From: Butyrivibrio sp.
GTDB lineage: Bacteria > Bacillota > Clostridia > Lachnospirales > Lachnospiraceae
Length of the DNA: 64,000 nt
NCBI GenBank assembly: GCA_045124255.1
Contig: JBGVLM010000007.1
Coordinates: forward strand, 9,382 to 73,381
Reading direction: 5' to 3'
Shown: piece by piece, positions 55,282 through 64,000 of the stretch
Position numbering within the stretch: position 1 is the first letter of the stretch
Layout of the letters: every line of letters begins with the position of its first letter
The notes under the pieces: generated by a model
Told to the model about the DNA's origin: nothing
What the model saw: the letters and a program-made list of their open reading frames with translations, nothing else
Databases searched by the model: none
Translations under genes and position numbers: made by a program

Positions 55282-56307
55282 TTAAACGGTTCCTTTATAG
55301 AATCTGACAGTAAATTTTGCACCGCAAGGCATTACATTCTCTGCCTTAACCGTACCGTTCTGCTTAACAATTATCATTCGTGCAAGATTAAGCCCGACAC
55401 CAAAGCCTTTCTCATCTGAATTTTTCCCTTTGTAGAAGCGTTTGAAAATATGCGGCAAATCCTCTTTGTCAATTCCGCAGCCGTTGTCCTGTATGACAAT
55501 TTCCGTATAAAGGGCATTTTCCGCAGCATTTATTTCAATTGTTCCTCCGTCAGGAGTATGCTCCATACAATTCTTCACAATATTACCGAGTGCTTCACAG
55601 GTCCATGAAACATCTCCTTTAAAATTCCCGTCCGTATTAATAACAAGCTTCTGACCGCGAAGCTCAACAGGAACCAGTAAGGGCTGACATGTGATGTCAA
55701 TAAGCCTGTCAAGGCTTGTATTCTCCTCATTAAAATCAATTGTTCCTGCATCGAGCTTTGATATTTTGAGCAAAGCATTAATAAGCCATTCTATCCTTGA
55801 CAGCAGCTCATACAGCTCTCCTGACAGCTTATTTTTCCGCTCCTCTGAAATATCCGGCTCGGACATAAGAGATACCAGAAGATTGATTGAAGTAAGAGGT
55901 GTCCTTATCTGGTGGGAAATATCTGCTATAGAATCCGCAAGATATCTTTTGTCCTCCAATAAAATCTGCTGCTGTTCCCTTAATCTTACCGTCATTTTGT
56001 AAATTTCACTTTTAAGAATTCCTAAATCACCCTCACAGTACTCCTCAATAGATATGCTGTCATCACCATGAAGTATTCTGTTAATATCCGAAGCCAGTTT
56101 TGAAATTCGTGCGTATCTGTTATATGTACTGATAAGATAAATCAATATAAAAATAATGCAGACAATAAATGCTTCAAGCCCATACAGCGGATTTAGCATA
56201 TATGCCCCCGCCACTGCTGCAACAGATACAATAGTGTATATTATAAGAGTTCTTGTGACCTCCGGATTGCGTAATAATTTCATAGCCTCTCTCCTAATAT
56301 CTGACAC
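55282..56307 (-). CDS. Intramembrane-sensing histidine kinase (BceS-like)
   Basis: Two N-terminal TM helices with almost no extracellular loop, H-box SHQIRTPLTSI, and N/G boxes (NCMEHTPDGG, DNGCGI, GFGVGLNL). Confidence 0.85.
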   Translation of the reverse strand: MSDIRREAMKLLRNPEVTRTLIIYTIVSVAAVAGAYMLNPLYGLEAFIVCIIFILIYLISTYNRYARISKLASDINRILHGDDSISIEEYCEGDLGILKSEIYKMTVRLREQQQILLEDKRYLADSIADISHQIRTPLTSINLLVSLMSEPDISEERKNKLSGELYELLSRIEWLINALLKISKLDAGTIDFNEENTSLDRLIDITCQPLLVPVELRGQKLVINTDGNFKGDVSWTCEALGNIVKNCMEHTPDGGTIEINAAENALYTEIVIQDNGCGIDKEDLPHIFKRFYKGKNSDEKGFGVGLNLARMIIVKQNGTVKAENVMPCGAKFTVRFYKGTV

Positions 56308-56318
56308 ATTCTGATTCT

Positions 56319-56987
56319 TTAATCCAGCTTATATCCCAGTCCGCGAACCGTCTTAATAATCACCGGATTCTGCGGGTCATCCTCTATTTTCTCCCTTAAG
56401 CGCTTGATATACACGGTTAATGTATTATCATTGACAAATTCCCCTGCAATGTCCCATATAGCTTTCAGAAGCTTAACTCTTGAAAGAACAATACCCCTGT
56501 TATTTATAAAAACAAGCATCAGTCTGTATTCCAATGCTGATAAATACAAATCCTTACCGTTCTTAACCGCCGTTCCCTTTACGGTGTCCACAAACACATC
56601 GCCTAACTTAATTACCGTTCCTGTACCACCTGTAAGCCTTAGAATATTCTTAATTCTTGATACAAGCTCTTTTGGGCGGAAGGGCTTGGAAATATAGTCA
56701 TCGGCCCCCATTTGAAATCCTATTACCGTACTGTATTCATCTCCTGATGCTGTCAGAAATATCACCGGAATGCCATACTCTTTTTTAACGGCAGAGCATA
56801 CTGCAAAACCGTTTCCGTCTGATAATGAAATATCAAGCAGCACCAAATCAAAGCTTTCTGCTTCCAACGCCATTAATGCCTCACTCTGTCCGGAAGCACT
56901 TTGTATGCTAAAACCCTCATTTGTAAGAAAATCCGTAAGATTAACAACGATGCTTCTGTCATCTTCAACTAATAAAATCCTTGTCAT
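56319..56987 (-). CDS. OmpR-family response regulator (BceR-like)
   Basis: Receiver domain ILLVEDD...DLVLLDISLSDGNG...KPF, and a winged-helix C-terminus (TLTVYIKRLREKIE..IKTVRGLGYKL). Confidence 0.9.
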   Translation of the reverse strand: MTRILLVEDDRSIVVNLTDFLTNEGFSIQSASGQSEALMALEAESFDLVLLDISLSDGNGFAVCSAVKKEYGIPVIFLTASGDEYSTVIGFQMGADDYISKPFRPKELVSRIKNILRLTGGTGTVIKLGDVFVDTVKGTAVKNGKDLYLSALEYRLMLVFINNRGIVLSRVKLLKAIWDIAGEFVNDNTLTVYIKRLREKIEDDPQNPVIIKTVRGLGYKLD

Positions 56988-57011
56988 ATGTTCACGCCCC
57001 TTTTTTCTCGA

Positions 57012-57040
57012 ATTATATCAGATAATTATTTTTTTATCAA
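57012..57040 (-). promoter_or_regulatory. Candidate promoter of the two-component system genes (TTGATA-17-TATAAT)
   Basis: On the minus strand: TTGATAaaaaaataattatctgaTATAAT. The -35 is at 57035-57040 and the -10 at 57012-57017. Confidence 0.55.
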
Positions 57041-57047
57041 TAAATAC

Positions 57048-57077
57048 GGGCAGCAGGGATTTCATATCCTGCTGCCC
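57048..57077 (-). terminator. Hairpin downstream of the repeat lipoprotein gene (probable terminator)
   Basis: GGGCAGCAGGGAT-ttcat-ATCCTGCTGCCC. The U-tract on the minus strand is weak (GTATTTATT). Confidence 0.45.
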
Positions 57078-57084
57078 ATGTCTG

Positions 57085-57402
57085 TTATCTTGTAGGGTCA
57101 AGCACTGTTACTGTATCATCCAGCATTGTTTCTACATCATCCCCAAGCTTATCAATCACACCTTCATGTGTTGTTGACTGTGTTTCCCTGTCATTAACAT
57201 TATTGTGCTGCGTTGTGGTGTTGTGTTCTGTTGTAGTATTGTGCTGTGTTGTGGTATTGTGCTGTGTCGTGGTATTGTTTCTGTTCTCTGTACCAGAGTT
57301 TTCTGTAGTACTCCCATTTCTGTCATTCCTTGTACAGCCGCCGAAACCAAGCGTGCATAAAGCAAGGGTAAGACATAACAGTACATATTTCATCTTTTTC
57401 AT
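57085..57402 (-). CDS. Small lipoprotein with TTTQHN hexapeptide repeats
   Basis: Signal peptide and lipobox MKKMKYVLLCLTLALCTLGFGGC, with the repeats TTTQHNTTTQHNTTTEHNTTTQHN. Confidence 0.7.
   Translation of the reverse strand: MKKMKYVLLCLTLALCTLGFGGCTRNDRNGSTTENSGTENRNNTTTQHNTTTQHNTTTEHNTTTQHNNVNDRETQSTTHEGVIDKLGDDVETMLDDTVTVLDPTR
57202..57273 (-). repeat. Four in-frame 18-nt tandem repeats (encode TTTQHN units)
   Basis: ATTGTGCTGyGTTGTGGT-type units, four in a row on the plus strand. Confidence 0.8.
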
Positions 57403-57422
57403 TTTTCCTTCTCCTTACACAT

Positions 57423-57474
57423 AAAAAAATAGGGTACAGAATTCCACATTAAAATGAATATTCTGTATCCCTAT
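57423..57474 (-). terminator. Rho-independent terminator of dapB
   Basis: On the minus strand: ATAGGGATACAGAAT-loop-ATTCTGTACCCTAT followed by TTTTTTT. Confidence 0.8.
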
Positions 57475-57498
57475 TATCTGCATTTCATTGAAAAATTA

Positions 57499-58263
57499 TT
57501 AGCCGATTACTTCCTTCATTGTATACAGCCCTGCGCCCTGTCCTTTAAGGTATTTCGCGGCTTCAACTGCTCCTTTGGCAAAAACTGCTTTGGAATATGC
57601 TGTATGTTTTACCTCAATAACCTCGTCCTCGCCGGCAAAAATAATTTCATGCTCGCCGACAATTGTACCGCCGCGGACTGCGCTGATTCCGATTTCCTTC
57701 TGCGGTCTTCTGATTCTGTCCTGTGAACGGTCAAATTTATATTCATATTTCTCAGGAAGACTCTCGTTAATCACATCAGCAAGCGCAAGTGCGGTTCCGC
57801 TTGGTGCATCAACTTTAAGATGATGATGCTTCTCAACAATTTCAATGTCAAAACCGGCCTCTGACAAAAGAGGAGATATCATTTTTAATACTTTAAATAA
57901 AGTATTAATTCCCAGCGACATATTTGCAGAGCGGAGAATTGCAACCTTCTTGGAAGCCTCATCAACCTTATTAAGCTGCTCCTCACTTAATCCCGTTGTA
58001 CATAATACAAGCGGAATCTGCTTATCTACCGCATAATCCAATAATCCGTCAACTGCCTTTGCTGAAGCAAAATCAATAATTACATCTGCCGCAACATCAC
58101 ATTTCTCAATTGAAGGGAATACCGGATATGTATTTGTAATTCCGTCAAACGGGTCAATTCCTGCAACAATGCAGGCATTCTCATCTGCCGCAGCAATGTT
58201 GGTGATTACCTGTCCCATCTTGCCGTTGCAGCCATGCATAATAATATTAACCATAGTTTTCAA
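57499..58263 (-). CDS. dapB: 4-hydroxy-tetrahydrodipicolinate reductase
   Basis: N-terminal NAD(P) motif HGCNGKMG, and the central E(K)HHxxKxDAPSGTA motif (EKHHHLKVDAPSGTALALA). Confidence 0.9.
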   Translation of the reverse strand: MKTMVNIIMHGCNGKMGQVITNIAAADENACIVAGIDPFDGITNTYPVFPSIEKCDVAADVIIDFASAKAVDGLLDYAVDKQIPLVLCTTGLSEEQLNKVDEASKKVAILRSANMSLGINTLFKVLKMISPLLSEAGFDIEIVEKHHHLKVDAPSGTALALADVINESLPEKYEYKFDRSQDRIRRPQKEIGISAVRGGTIVGEHEIIFAGEDEVIEVKHTAYSKAVFAKGAVEAAKYLKGQGAGLYTMKEVIG

Positions 58264-58277
58264 CCTGACTTTCTATT

Positions 58278-59162
58278 CTATAATACACCGTAGTTTGTAA
58301 GAGCGTTCTTTAATGTCTCAAGGTTCTTAGGTTCCATTGGTGATAAAGGCATTCTTACCGGTCCTACCTCCATACCCATAAGGTTTAAGGCCTCTTTAAC
58401 AGGAATCGGGTTAACCTCGCAGAATAATGCATTGATAAGGTCAATTGCCTCAAGCTGTTTTCTGCATGAATCCTGTACATTGCCGTTAACATAGTCCATA
58501 ACGATTTCATGTGTCTGTCTTGGTGCCACATTGGAAAGAACTGAAATAACACCCTTTCCGCCCAATGACATAATCGGAACAATCTGGTCATCATTGCCTG
58601 AATAAAGGTCAATCTCTCCGTTGGTAAGTGCCATAAGTGAAGCAACCTGTGAAATATTTCCTGACGCTTCCTTAATACCTACGATATTATCAACCTCTTT
58701 GAATAATTTCGCAGCAGTTGCAGGAAGGATATTGCAGCCCGTTCTGCTTGGTACATTATACATAATAATCGGAAGCTTAACAGCATTGGCAATTCTGGTA
58801 TAGTGGTCGATTAAGCCCTTCTGTGTTGCCTTATTGTAATATGGTGTAACCACTAAAAGTCCGTCAGCTCCTGCTTCCTCTGCCTCTACCGAAAGCTTAA
58901 CCGCCGTCTGTGTGCAGTTTGAACCTGTTCCTGCAATAACAGGAACTCTTTTATTAACATGTTTTACGCAGAAACGGATAACCTCTGAATGCTCCTCCTC
59001 TGAAAGAGTTGCAGATTCTCCTGTTGTTCCGCAGATAATAATACTGTCCGTTCCGTTGTTAATCTGAAAATCGATTAATTCAGCGAGCTTTTCGTAATTA
59101 ACGCTCTCGTCCTGATTCATAGGTGTTATGATTGCAACACCTGCACCTGTAAAAATTGCCAT
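58278..59162 (-). CDS. dapA: 4-hydroxy-tetrahydrodipicolinate synthase
   Basis: GTTGESATLS motif, YNVPSRTG, and the active-site Lys context (IVGIKEASG). Confidence 0.95.
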   Translation of the reverse strand: MAIFTGAGVAIITPMNQDESVNYEKLAELIDFQINNGTDSIIICGTTGESATLSEEEHSEVIRFCVKHVNKRVPVIAGTGSNCTQTAVKLSVEAEEAGADGLLVVTPYYNKATQKGLIDHYTRIANAVKLPIIMYNVPSRTGCNILPATAAKLFKEVDNIVGIKEASGNISQVASLMALTNGEIDLYSGNDDQIVPIMSLGGKGVISVLSNVAPRQTHEIVMDYVNGNVQDSCRKQLEAIDLINALFCEVNPIPVKEALNLMGMEVGPVRMPLSPMEPKNLETLKNALTNYGVL

Positions 59163-59197
59163 AATAAAGCCTCCTATATGATATTTATAAAATAGTT

Positions 59198-59229
59198 AAA
59201 AACAAGAAAGAATGCCGCTTGCGACATTC
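59198..59229 (-). terminator. Second leader terminator immediately upstream of dapA
   Basis: On the minus strand: GAATGTCG-CAAG-CGGCATTC followed by TTTCTTGTTTTT. It ends about 30 nt before the dapA RBS (AGGAGG). Confidence 0.6.
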
Positions 59230-59338
59230 TCCGCCTGCGGCGGGTTGCGTAAGTAACATCTTCTGCTCCGCCGCAGTGCGCTCCTCACGGAGTGTTTTTT
59301 ATTCTATAGGATAATTTCAACGAAATTTCCTATGGAAT

Positions 59339-59368
59339 AAAAAAAGAGCCAACGTGATGTCAGCTCTT
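59339..59368 (-). terminator. Expression-platform terminator of the lysine riboswitch
   Basis: On the minus strand: AAGAGCTGAC-atcac-GTTGGCTCTT followed by TTTTTTT. Confidence 0.75.
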
Positions 59369-59397
59369 AAAGTAATACTCTTATTAGAAAAAATATA

Positions 59398-59569
59398 CTT
59401 TAAGTAGCTCCCCATCGAAAAAAGATGACAGTCATATGACTATTAATCATATGCCCAGCCCGAACAATCACAGTAATTGAACGACTTCGGCGCTACACCC
59501 TTTCAACCATGCTCATCTATGACTGCCATATCACACGGTATACTATTGAACAGCGCAACCTCTACTCTA
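59398..59569 (-). promoter_or_regulatory. Lysine riboswitch (L-box) aptamer
   Basis: The minus strand contains the hallmark L-box blocks AGAGGTTGCG, GTTGAAAGGG, GCGCCGAAG, CTGTCA and GGGGAGCTAC, in the canonical order, upstream of dapA-dapB. Confidence 0.8.
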
Positions 59570-59586
59570 AAATTTTAACTTTATTA

Positions 59587-59615
59587 AGTGTATCACTACT
59601 ATATATAATTGTCAA
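59587..59615 (-). promoter_or_regulatory. Candidate promoter of the dapAB leader (TTGACA-17-TACACT)
   Basis: -35 TTGACA at 59610-59615 and -10 TACACT at 59587-59592, with a 17-nt spacer, about 20 nt upstream of the riboswitch. Confidence 0.55.
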
Positions 59616-59641
59616 CATTGATAAAATTTATTCATAAAATT

Positions 59642-60271
59642 TTATTCATCAAAAAATTCGATTTTGCTTACTGAAACCTCATAAGCTACTCTCTTCTCAC
59701 ATTCATCCTCACTGATTTTTTTGGTATATTCCCTGCTCTGGATTCTGCCGTATACCTGAATATGGCCGCCAACCTCAAAGCCTGCCGCATATCTCGCATT
59801 CCTGCCCCATGCAATACACGGAATATAATCTGATTTGCCGTAAGGACGGTTTACTGCGATTAATAAATCTGCAATTTCCCTTCCCAAAGGTGTTTTTCTG
59901 TAAATCGGAGGCTTGCAGATATATCCGTCAAGGAAAATCTGATTAGTGCTGATTTCTTCATCATATACATCAAGAAACTCCAGTTCTCTTACAAAAATCG
60001 CAAGAACAAGTCTGTTTCTTGTCTCTTCGTGACTATTATGAGAGCGGAACTGTCCTGTTGCTTCAACCATCATTCCTCTCAAATCCTCAGTTACATCCAC
60101 CAGTCTTTCTGATACAAGCAATGGAATAATATCAACGCTGTTGCTAAGACGGCTGACTGAAATTTTAACTGTGTAGAAGCCCTCACCATAAACCTCGTGG
60201 CTGAATTCAAATTCCGATACCACTTCTCCTATAATAGTAACTCTGTTGTTTTCAATGACTTTGTCAATCAT
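59642..60271 (-). CDS. Two-OB-fold single-stranded DNA-binding-like protein
   Basis: 209 aa with two repeats of an OB-like pattern (NRVTIIGEVV..GEGFYTVKISV..; NQIFLDGYICK..IPCIAWGRNARY..VQVYGRIQSREY). The assignment is from pattern only. Confidence 0.5.
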   Translation of the reverse strand: MIDKVIENNRVTIIGEVVSEFEFSHEVYGEGFYTVKISVSRLSNSVDIIPLLVSERLVDVTEDLRGMMVEATGQFRSHNSHEETRNRLVLAIFVRELEFLDVYDEEISTNQIFLDGYICKPPIYRKTPLGREIADLLIAVNRPYGKSDYIPCIAWGRNARYAAGFEVGGHIQVYGRIQSREYTKKISEDECEKRVAYEVSVSKIEFFDE

Positions 60272-60443
60272 TCTTCTGTTTCTCCCTTCTTCATAAACAG
60301 TATATTTCTTTAATCAATATAATTTATGCGGTTCATACTACTTTTAGAACAAAAAATATTGTAAAAAAAATAAAATATGATAAAATATTATGGTTGTATA
60401 TTAAGCAAACTATTCATTTAATTTGAATTTTGGAGGATTTAAC

Positions 60444-62276
60444 ATGAATAAATCTCGTGACGATATCAGAAATATCGCAATTATTGCCCATGTTGACCAT
60501 GGCAAAACAACTTTGGTAGACGAACTTTTAAAGCAGAGCGGAACATTCCGTGAGAATCAGGAGGTTGCCGAGCGTGTAATGGACTCAAATGATATTGAGC
60601 GTGAACGCGGAATCACTATTCTCTCCAAGAATACTGCCATTCACTACAAAGATACCAAGATTAACATTATAGACACTCCGGGGCACGCTGATTTCGGCGG
60701 CGAGGTTGAGCGTGTTCTTAAAATGGTTAATGGTGTTATTCTTGTTGTTGATGCCTACGAAGGCGTTATGCCACAGACCAAATTCGTTCTCCAGAAGGCA
60801 CTTGACCTTGATTTGGATTTAATCGTCTGTGTTAATAAAGTTGACAGACCTGAGGCAAGACCTGATGAGGTTGTGGATGAGATTCTTGAACTTTTACTTG
60901 AACTCGATGCTAACGATAAGCAGCTCGACTGTCCATTTATTTTTGCCTCTGCAAGAAACGGCTTTGCCAAATATAATCTTGAAGATAATTCTACCACAAT
61001 GGAGCCGCTTTTTGAAACAATTCTTTCAAATATTCCTGCTCCGACAGGTGACGCTGAGGCTCCTTTGCAGCTTCTTATCAGTACAATTGACTATAACGAG
61101 TACGTTGGACGTATCGGTGTAGGTAAAATAGACAACGGAACCATTAAGGTTAATCAGGAAGCTCTTCTTGTTAACCATCATGAACCTGATAAACATCAGA
61201 GAGTTAAGATTACCAAACTCTATGAATTTGACGGTCTTAATAAAATTGAGGTCAATGAAGCTTCAATGGGTTCAATAGTTGCAATTTCAGGAATTACCGA
61301 TTTAAAAATCGGTGACACTGTATGTTCTGTTGACGAAGCAGTTGCAGTACCTTTCCAGAAGATTTCAGAGCCTACAATTGCAATGAATTTCCTCGTTAAT
61401 GACTCACCGCTTGCAGGTCAGGAGGGTAAATTCGTTACCTCCAGACATTTAAGGGACAGACTTATGCGTGAGCTTAATACTGATGTCAGCTTAAGAGTTG
61501 AAGAAACCGAATCAATGGATTCCTTCAAAGTATCCGGCCGTGGTGAACTACATCTTTCAGTATTAATCGAAAATATGCGTCGTGAAGGCTTTGAATTTGC
61601 AGTAAGCAAGCCTGAGGTACTTTTCCATTATGACGAACGCGGCAACAAGCTGGAGCCTATGGAAGTTGCTTATGTTGATGTTCCTGAAGACTGTGCCGGA
61701 ACGGTTATCCAGAAACTCAGCATGCGTAAGGGTGAATTAAACGGAATGGCACCGCTTAACGGCGGCACCACAAGACTTGAATTCTCCATTCCGTCAAGAG
61801 GATTAATCGGATATACCAACGAATTCCTTACAGATACAAAGGGTTCAGGTGTAATCAATACTATTTTTGACGGCTATGGAGATTATAAGGGTGATATTTC
61901 ATACCGTAAACAGGGTTCTCTTATTGCATTTGAGAACGGAGAAGCAATCACCTATGGTCTTTTCAACGCACAGGAAAGAGGAACCTTATTTATAGGACCG
62001 GGCACCAAGGTATATGGTGGAATGATTGTAGGACAGACAGGCCGTTCTGAAGACATTGAAATCAATGTATGTAAGACCAAGCACCTTACCAATACACGTT
62101 CTTCAAGTGCCGATGATGCTTTAAGACTTGTACCGCCTAAAATATTGAGTCTTGAACAGTCAATCGAATTCATTGATACTGATGAACTTCTTGAGGTAAC
62201 TCCTAAGAATCTTCGTATCCGTAAGAAAATTCTTGACCCGACATTAAGATACAGAGCAAAGAAAAACGCTCAATAA
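60444..62276 (+). CDS. typA: Translational GTPase TypA/BipA
   Basis: [33 protein letters not shown] and NKVDR, with the characteristic BipA C-terminal domain. ATG 60444 with a GGAGG RBS. Confidence 0.95.
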   Translation: MNKSRDDIRNIAIIAHVDHGKTTLVDELLKQSGTFRENQEVAERVMDSNDIERERGITILSKNTAIHYKDTKINIIDTPGHADFGGEVERVLKMVNGVILVVDAYEGVMPQTKFVLQKALDLDLDLIVCVNKVDRPEARPDEVVDEILELLLELDANDKQLDCPFIFASARNGFAKYNLEDNSTTMEPLFETILSNIPAPTGDAEAPLQLLISTIDYNEYVGRIGVGKIDNGTIKVNQEALLVNHHEPDKHQRVKITKLYEFDGLNKIEVNEASMGSIVAISGITDLKIGDTVCSVDEAVAVPFQKISEPTIAMNFLVNDSPLAGQEGKFVTSRHLRDRLMRELNTDVSLRVEETESMDSFKVSGRGELHLSVLIENMRREGFEFAVSKPEVLFHYDERGNKLEPMEVAYVDVPEDCAGTVIQKLSMRKGELNGMAPLNGGTTRLEFSIPSRGLIGYTNEFLTDTKGSGVINTIFDGYGDYKGDISYRKQGSLIAFENGEAITYGLFNAQERGTLFIGPGTKVYGGMIVGQTGRSEDIEINVCKTKHLTNTRSSSADDALRLVPPKILSLEQSIEFIDTDELLEVTPKNLRIRKKILDPTLRYRAKKNAQ

Positions 62277-62288
62277 ACAGACAATAAA

Positions 62289-62328
62289 GGACTGCTGCAA
62301 AATGAAAATTTTTGCAGCAGTCCATTTT
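62289..62328. terminator. Bidirectional rho-independent terminator
   Basis: GGACTGCTGCAAAA-tgaaaa-TTTTGCAGCAGTCC followed by ATTTT. Confidence 0.85.
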
Positions 62329-62329
62329 A

Positions 62330-63955
62330 TTATCTGTTTCTTAATTTAAAGAAAATTATGATTGAGGCTGCGCCTGCAGCTATCCCTACTACTCCAATCA
62401 TAATGATAAGCGCTAATTGCCAAGGCTCTGCACTTGTGCCTTCTTCCGTAGGTTCTGCACTTGTATCACTTTCGCCGTTTTCCTCATTAACCGTCGCTTT
62501 ATCTGTTGTAATAACTTCCGTTGTCTCATCAAAAGCCTGTCCTGATGTTATCTGCTCAGTAGTCTCTGTTTCCTGTGTATCCGGTGCTGAAGTTTCCTGC
62601 TCCTGTGTTGTCGGTTCAGGGGTAGTCGGTTCAGCTGTTACAGGCTCGGCTGTAGTCGTTTCATCAGGTACAACTTCCGGCTGCTGCGGTGTCGCAGTTA
62701 CTCCGGCATAATCCGATGCGACAGGCGACAGGGAAATATTGATTCCGGTATTTACGGACTGGTATACATCGGGTATAACCAGAATATCTGTATTACTTCC
62801 CGGCTTGTAGGAAGCACCATCCGAATAACTTCCGACCCTGCCTGTCTTATAAATTCTTAATGAGCATTCAAAGCCATTATAGGAAATCGGAAAATCATAT
62901 ACTCCGCTTGAAACCATTTGGGCATTTCCAACTGAATATCCGCTTGTAATCTGTTTAACAGAACCGTCTGAATATATGCCCTTAAGCATAATATTATCAT
63001 TATTGATATTTTCATCAGCATTATAATAGGTAGGACTGATTCCTGCCGCAATTGCCACCATTTTAACCGCAGGAACAGTAATTGTAACTGTCTCTGTCTT
63101 ACCATCTGCAAGTGTATTGGTTATCTGTGCCGTTCCTTCTCCGACCGCAGTAATAACTCCGTTAGAATTAACTGCTGCCACGTCTGTATTGGAGGATTGA
63201 AGTGTTCCCTTTGCAGAAGTAACAAAATTAGCACTATATGTACGTGTTAATGTTATACTGCCTCCGTCAGCCACACCTCTTTTGGCTAATCCGAAGTATT
63301 CTGCAATTGCAGCAGCATCCGCGGTTCCCACCTTTTTCTGATTAAGCGGGTCAGCAATAAATGCTGCATCCTCCGGATTACTGAGAAAACAATGCTCTAT
63401 TATAATTGCCGGTATTCCGGCACGTACAGCCTCATCTATGACAGTATAATAATCCCTGCCCTCATTTGAAGCAGAAGCCCTTGTCTTATAGCCTCTGTTT
63501 CTGAGTCCGAGCACACTGACTTTTTCACATATACTGCTTCCGACAGACGTTGTTATTTTGCTGTAGGAAGGATTAACCGTTCCATATACCTCTATTCCCT
63601 TAGCTTCTGCAACTCCGCTGTTGTTATGAACGGATACAACTAAATCTGCCTGTAACTCCAAGCCCTGTCTTGCTCTTCCTGTATTGGAATTATATTCTGA
63701 TGAACCTCTTGTCAGATACACCTTTACACCCCAATAGGTTTCAAGCTCTGCTTTAAGTGATGTGGCAATAGCCCAGTTAACGCGTTCTTCACCTACACCA
63801 TTCTGATTAGCTCCGCCGTCAACACTTCCATGACCCGGGTCGATTATAATTACAATATCTCCGTCTGCGTCCTTTGCCGATGCATTCTGCGGAAACGCCA
63901 ATACTAATAACAGTACTGCAGCCAAAGAAAATAATGCTCCGATAATTTTTTTCAA
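62330..63955 (-). CDS. N-acetylmuramoyl-L-alanine amidase (Amidase_3) with Ig-like (Big_2) domain, T/E/P-rich stalk and C-terminal TM anchor
   Basis: Signal peptide; IIIDPGHGSVDGGA, VVSVHNNS and IIEHCFLSN amidase motifs; Big_2-like SSNTDVAAVNSNGVITAVGEGTAQIT. The C-terminus is a low-complexity stalk plus a TM helix and KLRNR. TTG start with an AGGAGG RBS. Confidence 0.85.
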   Translation of the reverse strand: MKKIIGALFSLAAVLLLVLAFPQNASAKDADGDIVIIIDPGHGSVDGGANQNGVGEERVNWAIATSLKAELETYWGVKVYLTRGSSEYNSNTGRARQGLELQADLVVSVHNNSGVAEAKGIEVYGTVNPSYSKITTSVGSSICEKVSVLGLRNRGYKTRASASNEGRDYYTVIDEAVRAGIPAIIIEHCFLSNPEDAAFIADPLNQKKVGTADAAAIAEYFGLAKRGVADGGSITLTRTYSANFVTSAKGTLQSSNTDVAAVNSNGVITAVGEGTAQITNTLADGKTETVTITVPAVKMVAIAAGISPTYYNADENINNDNIMLKGIYSDGSVKQITSGYSVGNAQMVSSGVYDFPISYNGFECSLRIYKTGRVGSYSDGASYKPGSNTDILVIPDVYQSVNTGINISLSPVASDYAGVTATPQQPEVVPDETTTAEPVTAEPTTPEPTTQEQETSAPDTQETETTEQITSGQAFDETTEVITTDKATVNEENGESDTSAEPTEEGTSAEPWQLALIIMIGVVGIAAGAASIIIFFKLRNR

Positions 63956-64000
63956 ATTAATACCTCCTGCGGCGTCCGCGTCTTCTATGATGTCCTCTTC

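Noticed and set aside
63957-64000. Possible 3' end of another minus-strand gene at the window edge (frame reading ..GHHRRRGRRRRY-stop)
   Set aside because: Only about 14 codons are visible and this is one of three possible frames, so it cannot be supported. The AGGAGG here is better explained as the RBS of the amidase gene.
1-64000. Search for mobile elements, prophage genes, tRNA/rRNA genes or CRISPR arrays
   Set aside because: No transposase, integrase or recombinase motifs, terminal inverted repeats, cloverleaf-like tRNA sequences or regularly spaced repeats were seen. Every intergenic region longer than 100 nt is accounted for by promoters, terminators or the dapA leader.

Overview
The window looks like a chromosomal segment of a low-GC Firmicutes/Clostridia-type anaerobe. 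A Csp-like germination protease and an SPL-family radical SAM protein suggest a spore-former. I count about 58 protein genes, roughly 50 of them on the minus strand, and I saw no rRNA, tRNA, CRISPR array, transposase or integrase. Housekeeping genes recognised from motifs are trxB, greA, cls, glpK, a small alarmone synthetase, gltX, feoA-feoA-feoB, addA/addB, dapA/dapB behind a lysine riboswitch, typA, a cell-wall amidase and a ttcA-like gene. Accessory content includes a Bce-type module (response regulator, kinase, ABC ATPase, FtsX permease), an ABC-2 exporter pair, a GT-C glycosyltransferase with a 1036-aa surface protein, and an extracytoplasmic redox cluster (TlpA-like lipoprotein, CXXC mini-protein, NapH-like polyferredoxin, flavin reductase-rubredoxin). 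The most interesting observations are these. (1) An A/T-rich two-gene cassette at 41346-43019 encodes an ABC-type ATPase and a 167-aa Toprim/RloB/DUF4276-like protein under its own consensus promoter; I consider it a candidate unclassified anti-phage module. (2) An EF-G/Tet(M)-like translational GTPase is fused to a YacP/Rae1-type NYN ribonuclease domain (25410-28055). (3) A conserved promoter-operator with DtxR/IdeR-like GTTAG/CTAAC palindromes is shared by the feo operon and a detached FeoB-associated Cys-rich mini-gene that sits next to a DtxR-family regulator. (4) A response regulator carries three MshEN-like c-di-GMP-binding motifs and a CheX-like domain. (5) A second, unassigned structured leader with its own terminator lies between the lysine riboswitch and dapA. 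All calls come from reading the sequence and the supplied translations; no database search was run.
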